Source of the DNA: a virus
Lineage: Duplodnaviria > Caudoviricetes
Virus record (IMG/VR): IMGVR_UViG_3300033067_000881
Location: 1 to 26,139 of that record
Strand: one strand, 5' to 3'
DNA: 26,139 nucleotides
The position numbers were made by a program, and so were the translations under genes. Of the stretch, positions 17,977 to 26,139 are shown piece by piece. The notes under the pieces were generated by a model. That model was not told the origin of the DNA and ran no database searches. It saw nothing but the letters and a program-made list of their open reading frames with translations. Positions within the stretch are counted from its first letter, which is position 1. Every line of letters begins with the position of its first letter.

Positions 17977-20900
17977 ATGTCAATAACTTCTGAAATCTAC
18001 AAAAGAAGTGTAGGTGGAGATAGTCTTGACACAGGATTTGAACTTACACCTGAAACTGAAGAGTTGCTACAAGCAGCACTATCTCAAGGCGGTGCTGTAT
18101 CTCAAGTAGCAGCTGAATTAATCCATCCAAATGGAAGCTTTATCTCAATGGCTAAAAAGAAGTTGGGTGGTGCTTTTTCTTCTGTAATGAATACACTGAT
18201 GATACCATCTAATGGTATTGCAGCCATGATGGATACTGATTTAACCTTTAAGGAAGCAAGAGATAGACATGTTGCGCCTTCTGATGTCTTGTTTAGGGAC
18301 TTGGATAAGCCAGAGACAGTCGGTGGTAAGGTTGGTATGTTTGGAGCAAGATTGATTACAGATATCTTCCTCGATCCGCTTACCTATGTCACATTTGGTA
18401 CATCTTCTGGAATACTTGGAATATCTAAGTTAGCTTCGATACCTCTTAAAGCTTCTACTGCAAAGAAGCTAGGATTGGCAACTACTATTGTCAAAGACGA
18501 AGCTGGAAACGTTATAGAAGAAGCCGTAAGGCACCGAGCCTTGTCTTCTGAAGGACTAGCACAGCTGAACAAATTCAAGTCAGGAATAGAAGAGACAATT
18601 AAGAAAGATACGATATCTGCTTTCTATGACGATACAAACATGTTTGGTCGTCTTGATAGGGTTGCAAAAAACCTAACAGGAAAGTCAGATACTGAAATTG
18701 CTAACTTCATGTCAAAAACAAGTGGAGCAGAATTCTCACTTGCTGAAAAGATACAAGCAATAAACAAAGACCCAATAATTAATGCCTTAACTGGCGATGC
18801 TAGAAACGATGCGTTAAGAGCAGCTCAGCAAAAGGCAATTAAAGAATCAGCTGAGGAACAGGCTGATAGGCTAGTTAGACACACTCTTGAGGCTAGACGT
18901 ACTGAGATAGAAGACGAAGCAAGAAAGGTAATGTCTAACATCATAGAGAAGAATGTCGAACGTGGTGGTGTCATGTATGACAAACTTGGAAATGTTGCTA
19001 AAGACCAATTTGGACGCAAAATAATTAAGGATTTAGCAAAAGAATGGGTTGACGCTGGTGGTATAAAAGTGTTTGGCCATTCCATAATAACTGGTTCAAA
19101 GATACGTTCTGTTGCAAGACTCTTGCCCGGCTTGTCACACATAGACAGGTTTACACAACCTGGGAGAAACTACTTAGGAGCTCTTGTGTCAAACAAATTT
19201 ACACTGTCTGGCCGAGTTCCAGATACACTCATCAAGATACAAGAAAAGGCAAGAGCTAGACAAGATATTCGACAAGCGGAAATATTCTCTTACATACCAC
19301 AGCTATATCAAAAGCTCGGTATAACTACAGAAGAAGATCGTCTTATCTCAAACGCAATTGCAATGGATATGCCACCTGCAAATAGTCCAGATTCACGTCT
19401 TTTTACATTATGGACTTTGTTACGGTCTGAACATGGGAATGCAGTAGCAAAAGACATTGCTGAAGGAAAGTACGCTGACGTCGCAAACATGTGGCGTGCG
19501 GCTAAATCTATACAGGATCAATTGACTAAGAACCTCACCCTAATGCATGAATCGGGTATTGCTGCATTTCCTCAGAAGAATTATATTCCAGGTGTATTAA
19601 ATGAACAAAAGAAGATAGGAAACCCGTTTACAACATTTAAGACATCAAAAGCAGTTAATGCTGAAAAGGCAGAACTTGTTAAGTGGAGAAACGTTGAAGA
19701 CCCATCTGAAGTAATGTATGGAGTGGAAGGAGACCTGGGTCTTGAGAAGCTCAGTAAGGCAGAAGAGAAGCAACGCATACAAACAGCTATCAAAAATGCA
19801 GTTCTTAAAAATGAAGAGCGTAGGGCTAAGCTTACTAAAGAAATAGAAGACGTATGGGGTCAAGTGGCAGAACAACAGGTAAAGTTTGTATTAAAGACGA
19901 CCAAAAACGTAATTGATAAATCTACTGATGACAGCTTAAACGCAAGGGCAATAGAATCTCTCATAAGGGAAGCTGTACCAGCTGTAGATAGAAAGCGTGT
20001 TATTCAAGAATATGTTGCTAAGTACTATGAGAACGGTTCTCGTCTAAAGGCGGATGCTGAACTACTTTCAACACAAGATATCACAACACTTCAGGAGACA
20101 CTAGCTTCTGGAGATATGGACTTAGACTTTGTTGCTCAAGCGGTTATATCTCAATTAAAGAAAGTTGATATAAAGACAAAGCCGCTTTCAAAGCCATCAG
20201 CCAAATCAAAAGATAAGGCACAAGAGTCTTTGAACAAACTAATGGGTATTGTAATGGAGAATGGGATAGAGGCAAAGAAGCTCTATCTCAAACAGGCAAT
20301 GGAGGGGTCAAACATTGATAATGTTATAACCGCCGTTTCTGATGCCTGGCACAAAGAACCAAGTGGAACAACACGTCTTCTTGAGCGTATTCTTGGTAAG
20401 GAGTTTGAACTGCAGTCGCTAATAAATGAATTAGCGGATGTTCGCCATGCACTTGAATCAGAGCTTAAGTCACCAGGCCTTAAGATGGTTTCTAGTAGGT
20501 GGTTCTATAAGGACAAAAATGAGAAAGTATGGGAACGAGTGAGGGCAACGGCACAAGAAATAAACGATAATTACTTCAATGGTGAAGAGATGTTTAGTGA
20601 GTCAGCTTTAAAGTCTACATTGGTTGCTTCGGCAAATGCTGTTAGAGCTGCTTCTTCTAGACAAATGATAAATGACATTGCAACAAAGTTTGGTATTCCA
20701 GCATCTGCTGCGCCAAGCGATTTTGTGCAATTGGGTATATCAGGGCTGCAGAAAGAAGCTGTTGACCTTAATAAGTTCTTTAAGTTGGAAGATGGTAAGC
20801 TTGCAATCAAAAACGACAAGGGTGAAGAACTTTTCTTCCATCCAGTTGTTGCTGAGCAAGTGAACAAGATGCTTGCTGTTATGGCTGATGATCCGGCTTC

Positions 20901-22299
20901 TCATGTAATGTTACAGTCGTTTGATAATCTCACTAACTTGTGGAAAGCTTCTGTAACATCTATATTCCCTTCCTTCCACGGCAGAAATGCAATGTCTAAC
21001 GTATTCCAACACATGCTAGATATAGGTTACAACTCATTAAACCCAGCAAATCACGTGATGTCAAAACAACTTCTTTCTTATTCAAAGAAGATGGATGATT
21101 TGTCTATCGAGATAATGGAGGGTAATGTAAAGGCGGCAAAGGAGATGATGGAACTACAATCCAAGCCAATACTCACAGACGTACGAGGCCATGTGTGGAC
21201 TGCTGGAGACCTTATACATGTTATAAAGAATAACCTTGTAGCATTCCACCCTAATATTGTTGGGCAAACAGACGTGATGCTCTCTTCAAGAGACATGGTT
21301 GATAAGGTAATGGACGAAGTGTTTACTGAAACAGGTAAGTTTGGAAGAGCTGTAAAGAAATTCTCTCCTCACTCACAGGCATTTAAACCCTTCGAATACG
21401 GTAGAGCTGTTGGTTCTTGGATAGAAAACCAGGCTCGTGTCGTTGACTTTATAGTTAACCTAAAGAAAACAGGAGATGTTGAATTGGCTGTTACAAGAAC
21501 AAAAGAGTTCTTGTTTGACTATCAAAACCTAACTCCTTTTGAAAAGAATGTAATGAGAAGGTTAATTCCTTTCTATACGTTCTCCCGAAAGAACTTTGAG
21601 TTGCAGTTTAGAACAATGCTTCAGACACCAGGAAGAACTGCTACCTTCTTCCATGCTGTCCAGACATATGGGGAAGTCTCTTCTGGAGCACCTCTATCTG
21701 ACGAAGAGCGTAAGCTCTTGCCAGAATGGATGCGTGATTCACTTAACCTTGTTGCCAAGCGAGATGGTGAAAACATATCACTCCTAACCTCAATAGGGCA
21801 TCCTATAGAACAACCATTCCAGCAGTTGCACAACGTAATGGGATCATTAAACCCAATTATTAAAGCACCTCTTGAGTTAAACACTAACTTCTCTTTCTTC
21901 AACGGAAGGCCGCTTAGTACTGTTACTAACGCGACTGCATTTTCATCGCCACTAGTTCCTGATGTAATCAAAGACTTTATTGGATATACAAAGGTTACTT
22001 ATAATGATAGCCAAGGGAATGAGAAAGTGCTTCACGTATCACTTAGGCCAGAGAGAATGCAATGGTTTAATAACATGCCATTCACTCCCAGAATGCTATC
22101 AACCCTTAAGAACCTTGAGTCTACAGACATGTCTACACGAGAGAAGGCTCTGTATACTATAATAGGATTTAAGTTTGATGACATTGACCTTGAAGTTGAA
22201 GCAAAGAAGCGAGAAGACGAATTGAAGTCACAGTTAGAAAAAATACTCGATGATGCTGACCTAGGATACAAGTTTGATCGGTTCCAACTTAAGAAATAG
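17977..22299 (+). CDS. large internal virion/DNA-transfer protein (1440 aa)
   Basis: Last gene of the structural operon, helical, no Cys. DPLTYV.FG N-terminal motif and FH.RN...N / LFDY..LT.FE....R..IPFY.F.RKN C-terminal motifs resemble podoviral ejection proteins. Confidence 0.6.
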   Translation: MSITSEIYKRSVGGDSLDTGFELTPETEELLQAALSQGGAVSQVAAELIHPNGSFISMAKKKLGGAFSSVMNTLMIPSNGIAAMMDTDLTFKEARDRHVAPSDVLFRDLDKPETVGGKVGMFGARLITDIFLDPLTYVTFGTSSGILGISKLASIPLKASTAKKLGLATTIVKDEAGNVIEEAVRHRALSSEGLAQLNKFKSGIEETIKKDTISAFYDDTNMFGRLDRVAKNLTGKSDTEIANFMSKTSGAEFSLAEKIQAINKDPIINALTGDARNDALRAAQQKAIKESAEEQADRLVRHTLEARRTEIEDEARKVMSNIIEKNVERGGVMYDKLGNVAKDQFGRKIIKDLAKEWVDAGGIKVFGHSIITGSKIRSVARLLPGLSHIDRFTQPGRNYLGALVSNKFTLSGRVPDTLIKIQEKARARQDIRQAEIFSYIPQLYQKLGITTEEDRLISNAIAMDMPPANSPDSRLFTLWTLLRSEHGNAVAKDIAEGKYADVANMWRAAKSIQDQLTKNLTLMHESGIAAFPQKNYIPGVLNEQKKIGNPFTTFKTSKAVNAEKAELVKWRNVEDPSEVMYGVEGDLGLEKLSKAEEKQRIQTAIKNAVLKNEERRAKLTKEIEDVWGQVAEQQVKFVLKTTKNVIDKSTDDSLNARAIESLIREAVPAVDRKRVIQEYVAKYYENGSRLKADAELLSTQDITTLQETLASGDMDLDFVAQAVISQLKKVDIKTKPLSKPSAKSKDKAQESLNKLMGIVMENGIEAKKLYLKQAMEGSNIDNVITAVSDAWHKEPSGTTRLLERILGKEFELQSLINELADVRHALESELKSPGLKMVSSRWFYKDKNEKVWERVRATAQEINDNYFNGEEMFSESALKSTLVASANAVRAASSRQMINDIATKFGIPASAAPSDFVQLGISGLQKEAVDLNKFFKLEDGKLAIKNDKGEELFFHPVVAEQVNKMLAVMADDPASHVMLQSFDNLTNLWKASVTSIFPSFHGRNAMSNVFQHMLDIGYNSLNPANHVMSKQLLSYSKKMDDLSIEIMEGNVKAAKEMMELQSKPILTDVRGHVWTAGDLIHVIKNNLVAFHPNIVGQTDVMLSSRDMVDKVMDEVFTETGKFGRAVKKFSPHSQAFKPFEYGRAVGSWIENQARVVDFIVNLKKTGDVELAVTRTKEFLFDYQNLTPFEKNVMRRLIPFYTFSRKNFELQFRTMLQTPGRTATFFHAVQTYGEVSSGAPLSDEERKLLPEWMRDSLNLVAKRDGENISLLTSIGHPIEQPFQQLHNVMGSLNPIIKAPLELNTNFSFFNGRPLSTVTNATAFSSPLVPDVIKDFIGYTKVTYNDSQGNEKVLHVSLRPERMQWFNNMPFTPRMLSTLKNLESTDMSTREKALYTIIGFKFDDIDLEVEAKKREDELKSQLEKILDDADLGYKFDRFQLKK

Positions 22300-22320
22300 A
22301 AAAGCCCCCAATAAGGGGGC
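22296..22320 (-). terminator. intrinsic terminator between convergent operons
   Basis: GCCCCC-AATAA-GGGGGC (22304-22320); on the minus strand it is followed by TTTTCTAT. Confidence 0.75.
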
Positions 22321-22358
22321 AGTTCTATTCTAAAGACTTTATTCTCCGTAAAATCTAC

Positions 22359-22691
22359 TTACACTTCTTGGGTTTTAATCCCACACGTACCTTGATTTTC
22401 TTTTTCTTCATAAGCTACAATATCCTCAGCCCTAACTAAATAAACAAGTTCACCATCCAAGTTAAATTCAGTACTAACGTGCTGATTGAATAACACCTTC
22501 ATACCTGCCTTAAGCCCTAATGAGAACACTGTACCATTTTCCAATACTCTGCCAGGTCCAGAAGCTATCACAGTACCCCACTCCGGCTTGTCGTCAACAG
22601 ATACTCCAACTACAACTCCATTACGTGTTTCTGGCTTTATTCCAGAGATAAGCACGTAATCTGATAATACCTTAAGCTTGTTCTTGTTCAT
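22359..22691 (-). CDS. groES: co-chaperonin GroES
   Basis: L.D.VLI, T..G.V (mobile loop), KP..G.V.A.GPGR...NG, GMKVLF and EDIVA. Confidence 0.92.
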   Translation of the reverse strand: MNKNKLKVLSDYVLISGIKPETRNGVVVGVSVDDKPEWGTVIASGPGRVLENGTVFSLGLKAGMKVLFNQHVSTEFNLDGELVYLVRAEDIVAYEEKENQGTCGIKTQEV

Positions 22692-22881
22692 CTTTGATGA
22701 TTAATCGCACTGATGGTCGCAAGCTTCCATCCTGTGCGTGATGGATAAATGGCTGTAGAAACACTGGCTTTTCATCTCCACGCAATGCCTCAGCTATCTT
22801 GTCTGCTACTCGCGCAAGAATTGCCTGATCGTTATTAATTGTTACCTCGTTGCTGCTTTCCGTCATCTTTGTTTCGCTCAT
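22672..22881 (-). CDS. hypothetical protein (69 aa) between groEL and groES
   Basis: TATG start context; overlaps both neighbours. Confidence 0.5.
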   Translation of the reverse strand: MSETKMTESSNEVTINNDQAILARVADKIAEALRGDEKPVFLQPFIHHAQDGSLRPSVRLIIKDEQEQA

Positions 22882-24309
22882 ATAATATAAAGCTACCTAA
22901 ACTTGTAATTGAATCTGCTACAGATAATGAGTTTTTAAGTGACATTTCGACAGCCTTAAATGGCTCTATCACCCCAGTCTGTAGCAAATCTTCGTATTCT
23001 CCACTAAGGGCATTAAATCCATTAGTGCCCACTATCTTATCGTAGTCAATATCAATTCCTGAATTCTCTGCAAGCCTTTCGAGAGAAGCCTTACATATCC
23101 TACTAGCAATATCTTTTTCTACTTTTGAGTTGAAGTCCTTCTCGTTGTAAGAGACAAACAAGGAAACCCCACCTCCGATAAGATATCCGTCCCTCTTTGC
23201 TGCCCTAAGAGCTGATATTGCGTCCTCGTAGCGGTACATGCGTTCAAAGGCCTCTGGAATCGTTCTACCACCTATCTTGACGTTTGCTATACCAGAAGTC
23301 ATTGAAGCTAGACGTCTCTTGATTACCTGATTATCCTTATCTTTCTTAAGCTCTTCTTTTAGAGCAGCTACTCGCTTTTCAAGTGTCTCAGTAGCTGTTT
23401 CATGTTTAATTAGAACCTTTTGTGGATCAGCGTATACATGCTTTACAGTCTTGAAATCACCTGGGACGATGCTATCAATCCTTCTTGCCGCTTGTTCAGA
23501 GATAACAACAGTATCACAGTATACAGCCAAGTCCTGAAGGGCGATATCGTCATCAAGCTTTACAAGCACTACCTTGATAGTCCCGTGAGCATGGTTTGCA
23601 ATCAAAGTACTTAGAGAATCAGCCAAGAAGTCCTTCGCTACAATCACTAGTGATTTGATACCAGAGGTTATTGCTTGACGAATGATATGCTCAGCGTCTT
23701 TTGCGTAGTAAAGCTTCTTGTCTAATATGAGGATTGACGGAGCCTCGTATTGGATTACTGGCTTTGACACATCTGTGTACAGAGGCTGATACATTACTCC
23801 AGTTGGAACCTTAAATCCTGTCTGGAATTCAATCTCAGTCTTCTCTTCTGGATGTATATCCAAGAACACCATTCCATCTTCTCCTGTTCCATTTACAATA
23901 CCAACAACATCTTTTGCTATCTCAGAATCGTTGTTTGCTGAAATATATTTCGTATGTGTCTTTGCGGAATACCCTTATTCTTCAACTCCAGAGCCGCTGT
24001 TGTCATTACATACGTTTCAAGTACGGTAGTTGATGTGGCGTCTCCAGCTTCTTGATTTGTCTTATTTGCCGCAGACTTAACCATATTGGCAATAGCATTC
24101 TCAAGAGGGTCTTCTAGTTCGATATTCTTTATAATCGTAACGCCGTCGTTAGAGACTTTAACATTGCCAAGTGCATCGTCAAAAAGAACATTTTTACCTT
24201 GTGGTCCAATAGTCTGCATAACAGGATAACAGACCTTTTCAAGTGCGTTCAATATTTTTGCACGTACTTCTGATTCTTTCAGAATCATCTTGTTGGATTG
24301 TTTACTCAT
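22835..24309 (-). pseudogene. groEL: divergent chaperonin GroEL, broken by a deletion/frameshift near 23931-23947
   Basis: N-part: TIGPQGKNV, SNDGVTI.K.IELEDP.EN, AGDATST. C-part in the -1 frame: ISANNDSEIA...GEDG, LQDLA, RRLASM.SG, EDA..A.RAA, GGGV, GFNA..G.YEDL...GVIEP. The intervening helix is missing. Confidence 0.8.
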
Positions 24310-24589
24310 ATTGTTTTAATATGTTCTTATAATAAGATATCTTCTTTTTATAAATATCTGGTGCCCAACTTCTACTTGTAGAATACCTGAGCTTTCTTAT
24401 CCTATCAATGGTCTTCTTGCCGTATTTCTTTAGAAGAAATTGTAAGTAGATATCACTGTTACCAGAAAGGTTTATGTTACAATGATAGCAATTGTGATGG
24501 GCTAAACCGTCTGCTATAAATGTATTAGTAGTTGTTTGAACGGCATAAACTGTCCTTGGAGGGACGGGTTCTATTTTTACTATTTTCAT
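24302..24589 (-). CDS. split intein C-fragment (33 aa) fused to the NinG/Rap C-extein
   Basis: MKIVKIE...VYAVQT.T.TFIADGLAHHN|CYHCN: block F, block G His-Asn and +1 Cys. Confidence 0.9.
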   Translation of the reverse strand: MKIVKIEPVPPRTVYAVQTTTNTFIADGLAHHNCYHCNINLSGNSDIYLQFLLKKYGKKTIDRIRKLRYSTSRSWAPDIYKKKISYYKNILKQYE

Positions 24590-25370
24590 AGTTTACGTCT
24601 CGATCCTCTTAGTAGATGTGCAACTGTTGAGTATGGCATTGAAAACATTTTTCCAGCTTCTGCATAAGTCATTCCATTTTTTACAAGACAGGCAACCTTC
24701 TTACACGTGTCAATGCTATACTTTAAGTTAGCTCCCTGGTTTTTTTTAAATAAATTTACATTATTATTTTTGATATTATGTGCAGTGTTTTCTTTGTGCG
24801 TAACCCACTCTAAATTAGATGCCTGATTGTTTGCTTTGTTAAAATCCTTATGGTTTACACATGGTTTGTTGTAAGGATTTTTCACGAAAGCTTTTGCAAC
24901 AAGTCTATGCACTTGTAAATTTTTTTTTCCTATTTTAACATACATGTACCCTCGTTTAATGTTTTTTGTCTGTACTTTTATTTTTTTAATTTTTTTCTTA
25001 TCTAAAAGACATTCACTTATTATGTTACCATTCTTATCTACAAAATAATTACAATACTTTGTTTTTATTTCTAGCTTTTTCATGGTTCAATTATATCATG
25101 GTCTGACACATTATGCAACAATTGGGCTATTGTTTTCCATCCACGTGTCGTTAGTACTTGATGGTCACTTGTCGCGTAGAATACTTTGTTATTTTCTGTC
25201 TCTACTCTAAACAGTTCTTTCGGTAAAAACGACATAACAGATTCTACTGTAGCAACTTTTTTAACTCCAGTAGTATCATCAAATGCAATTAGTCTTGTTC
25301 CAACTTTTATGTTTGCTATTGGCGTATACTTTCCGTTCTCTAAAAGCAACTTACTATCATTTGTAAGACA
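24491..25370 (-). mobile_element. composite mobile element: IntN / HNH endonuclease / IntC
   Basis: Runs from the intein Cys1 codon (25370-25368) to the terminal Asn codon (24493-24491). Removing it restores an in-frame NinG-like gene. Confidence 0.85.
24586..25083 (-). CDS. free-standing HNH homing endonuclease (I-HmuI/NUMOD4-HNH type, C-terminal HTH)
   Basis: Y.V...G.I, GY..V, VHRLVA.AF..NP....VNHKD.NK.NN...NLEWVT..EN..H; C-terminal TYAEAGKMFSMPYSTV. Noticeably AT-rich. Confidence 0.92.
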   Translation of the reverse strand: MKKLEIKTKYCNYFVDKNGNIISECLLDKKKIKKIKVQTKNIKRGYMYVKIGKKNLQVHRLVAKAFVKNPYNKPCVNHKDFNKANNQASNLEWVTHKENTAHNIKNNNVNLFKKNQGANLKYSIDTCKKVACLVKNGMTYAEAGKMFSMPYSTVAHLLRGSRRKL

Positions 25371-25568
25371 TTGAGCATGTACATTCTCCTCGTCAAAATA
25401 AAGTTCTATTCCACCTACTGACTTTGGTATGTAATGTCCTGCGTGCATTCCAGCTCCTGTTGCATATTTCCCACATGTTATACATGTCCAGTTATCTCTG
25501 TGCCTTATGTATCTTGAGAATATCTGCCACAAGGACTTTTTGAGCTTACTTGTTTTTTCTTTTACCAT
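25080..25568 (-). CDS. NinG/Rap-like nuclease N-extein fused to the split intein N-fragment (96 aa)
   Basis: FSRYIR.RD...CITCG...HAGHYI...LYFDEENVHAQ|CLTNDSKLLL (block A) ...ATSDHQVLT.RGW (block B, TxxH). Start placed at ATG 25568 (alternative 25616). Confidence 0.9.
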   Translation of the reverse strand: MVKEKTSKLKKSLWQIFSRYIRHRDNWTCITCGKYATGAGMHAGHYIPKSVGGIELYFDEENVHAQCLTNDSKLLLENGKYTPIANIKVGTRLIAFDDTTGVKKVATVESVMSFLPKELFRVETENNKVFYATSDHQVLTTRGWKTIAQLLHNVSDHDIIEP

Positions 25569-25731
25569 AGATTCTTCCTGTGAAGTAAGCAACATTTCCA
25601 TTTCTAGGATAAGCATTTCTTACCCTCTCTCTTGCGTCCTCTATGGAACGTGCGAAGATAAAAACAGCAAATTGGCTCGTCGTTTTTTGATTCCCAACAT
25701 GTTGTGTTACTAATACAATAAATGGACTCAT
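25546..25731 (-). CDS. hypothetical protein (61 aa)
   Basis: ATGA overlap with the upstream exonuclease gene. Confidence 0.55.
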   Translation of the reverse strand: MSPFIVLVTQHVGNQKTTSQFAVFIFARSIEDARERVRNAYPRNGNVAYFTGRIYGKRKNK

Positions 25732-26139
25732 ACTATTTTCTCAGTCTTTCCAGTGTTGTCAAAGGCACCACATCTGGTACATTGGACTCTTTGAGTTCTT
25801 CCGTTTTTATTTATATTAAAACCTCTTTTAATAAACTTTCCATCTTCACCGCAGTTTCGACATGCCTTTGAATCCCACAAGACCACTTTCATATTTGGGT
25901 GATTTGTCATCCAAGGCCTTAGAGTCAAATATACGTCTTCCAATAGATAAACATCTTCCTTGTTGTATTTCACCATCTTTGCCCATGCACTTGTATCTCC
26001 CGATATACAGCCCTTCCAAGTCTCCCATCCTCCACTGTCTGTCTTCCTACCAACACCAAGCTGTCTTCCGAGATCGTCTAAACTGTTACTGTCAAATTTG
26101 AAATATTTCTTTGCTGCCTTTTTTGTGTCTATCGTCTTA
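25728..26139 (-). CDS. RNase H-like (DEDDy/RNase_H_2-type) exonuclease with C-terminal Zn ribbon (5' end outside window)
   Basis: The frame is open to the right edge: IDT...AKKYFKF.SNSLD.LG..LG.G.K...W, then YN..DV.LLE (ExoIII YxxxD), then CRNC...CTRC. Confidence 0.8.
   Translation of the reverse strand, partial: KTIDTKKAAKKYFKFDSNSLDDLGRQLGVGRKTDSGGWETWKGCISGDTSAWAKMVKYNKEDVYLLEDVYLTLRPWMTNHPNMKVVLWDSKACRNCGEDGKFIKRGFNINKNGRTQRVQCTRCGAFDNTGKTEKIV

Noticed and set aside
117-22271. Numerous short antisense or alternate-frame ORFs in the ORF track
   Set aside because: They are shadows of longer + strand genes, with no recognisable motifs.
23917-23975. Programmed -1 frameshift producing full-length GroEL
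   Set aside because: No X XXY YYZ heptamer in the overlap window, and about 30 conserved codons would still be missing.
1-26139. Stop-codon reassignment (TAG or TGA)
   Set aside because: Standard-code ORFs tile the window densely, and TAG (1992, 5128, 6668, 22299) and TGA (4308, 8870, 16794) end genes at sensible places.

Overview
This window is part of an AT-rich dsDNA bacteriophage genome (Caudoviricetes). It is probably podovirus-like, since no tail tube, sheath or tape-measure gene is recognisable. The + strand (1-22299) is a near-complete morphogenesis and lysis block: terminase large subunit (cut by the left edge), portal, scaffold, capsid cement, major capsid protein, head/fibre proteins, holin, M23 endolysin, nozzle, adaptor and two probable ejection proteins. 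Two free-standing endonuclease genes (DUF559/Vsr-like and HNH) are inserted in this block. The - strand block (22359-26139) converges on it and encodes an RNase H-like exonuclease, a NinG/Rap-like nuclease, GroEL and GroES. The most striking element is a fractured ninG-like gene: N-extein+IntN, a free-standing HNH homing endonuclease, and IntC+C-extein, all joined by ATGA overlaps. This is a natural split intein inserted at the second CxxC of the nuclease. Other notable signals are a GroEL gene with a ~90-nt deletion/frameshift, leaderless extended -10 promoters, a pervasive TAATATG stop/start junction with no Shine-Dalgarno sites, and a highly structured leader before the scaffold/capsid genes. 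All protein assignments come from motifs and synteny read by eye; no database search was run.
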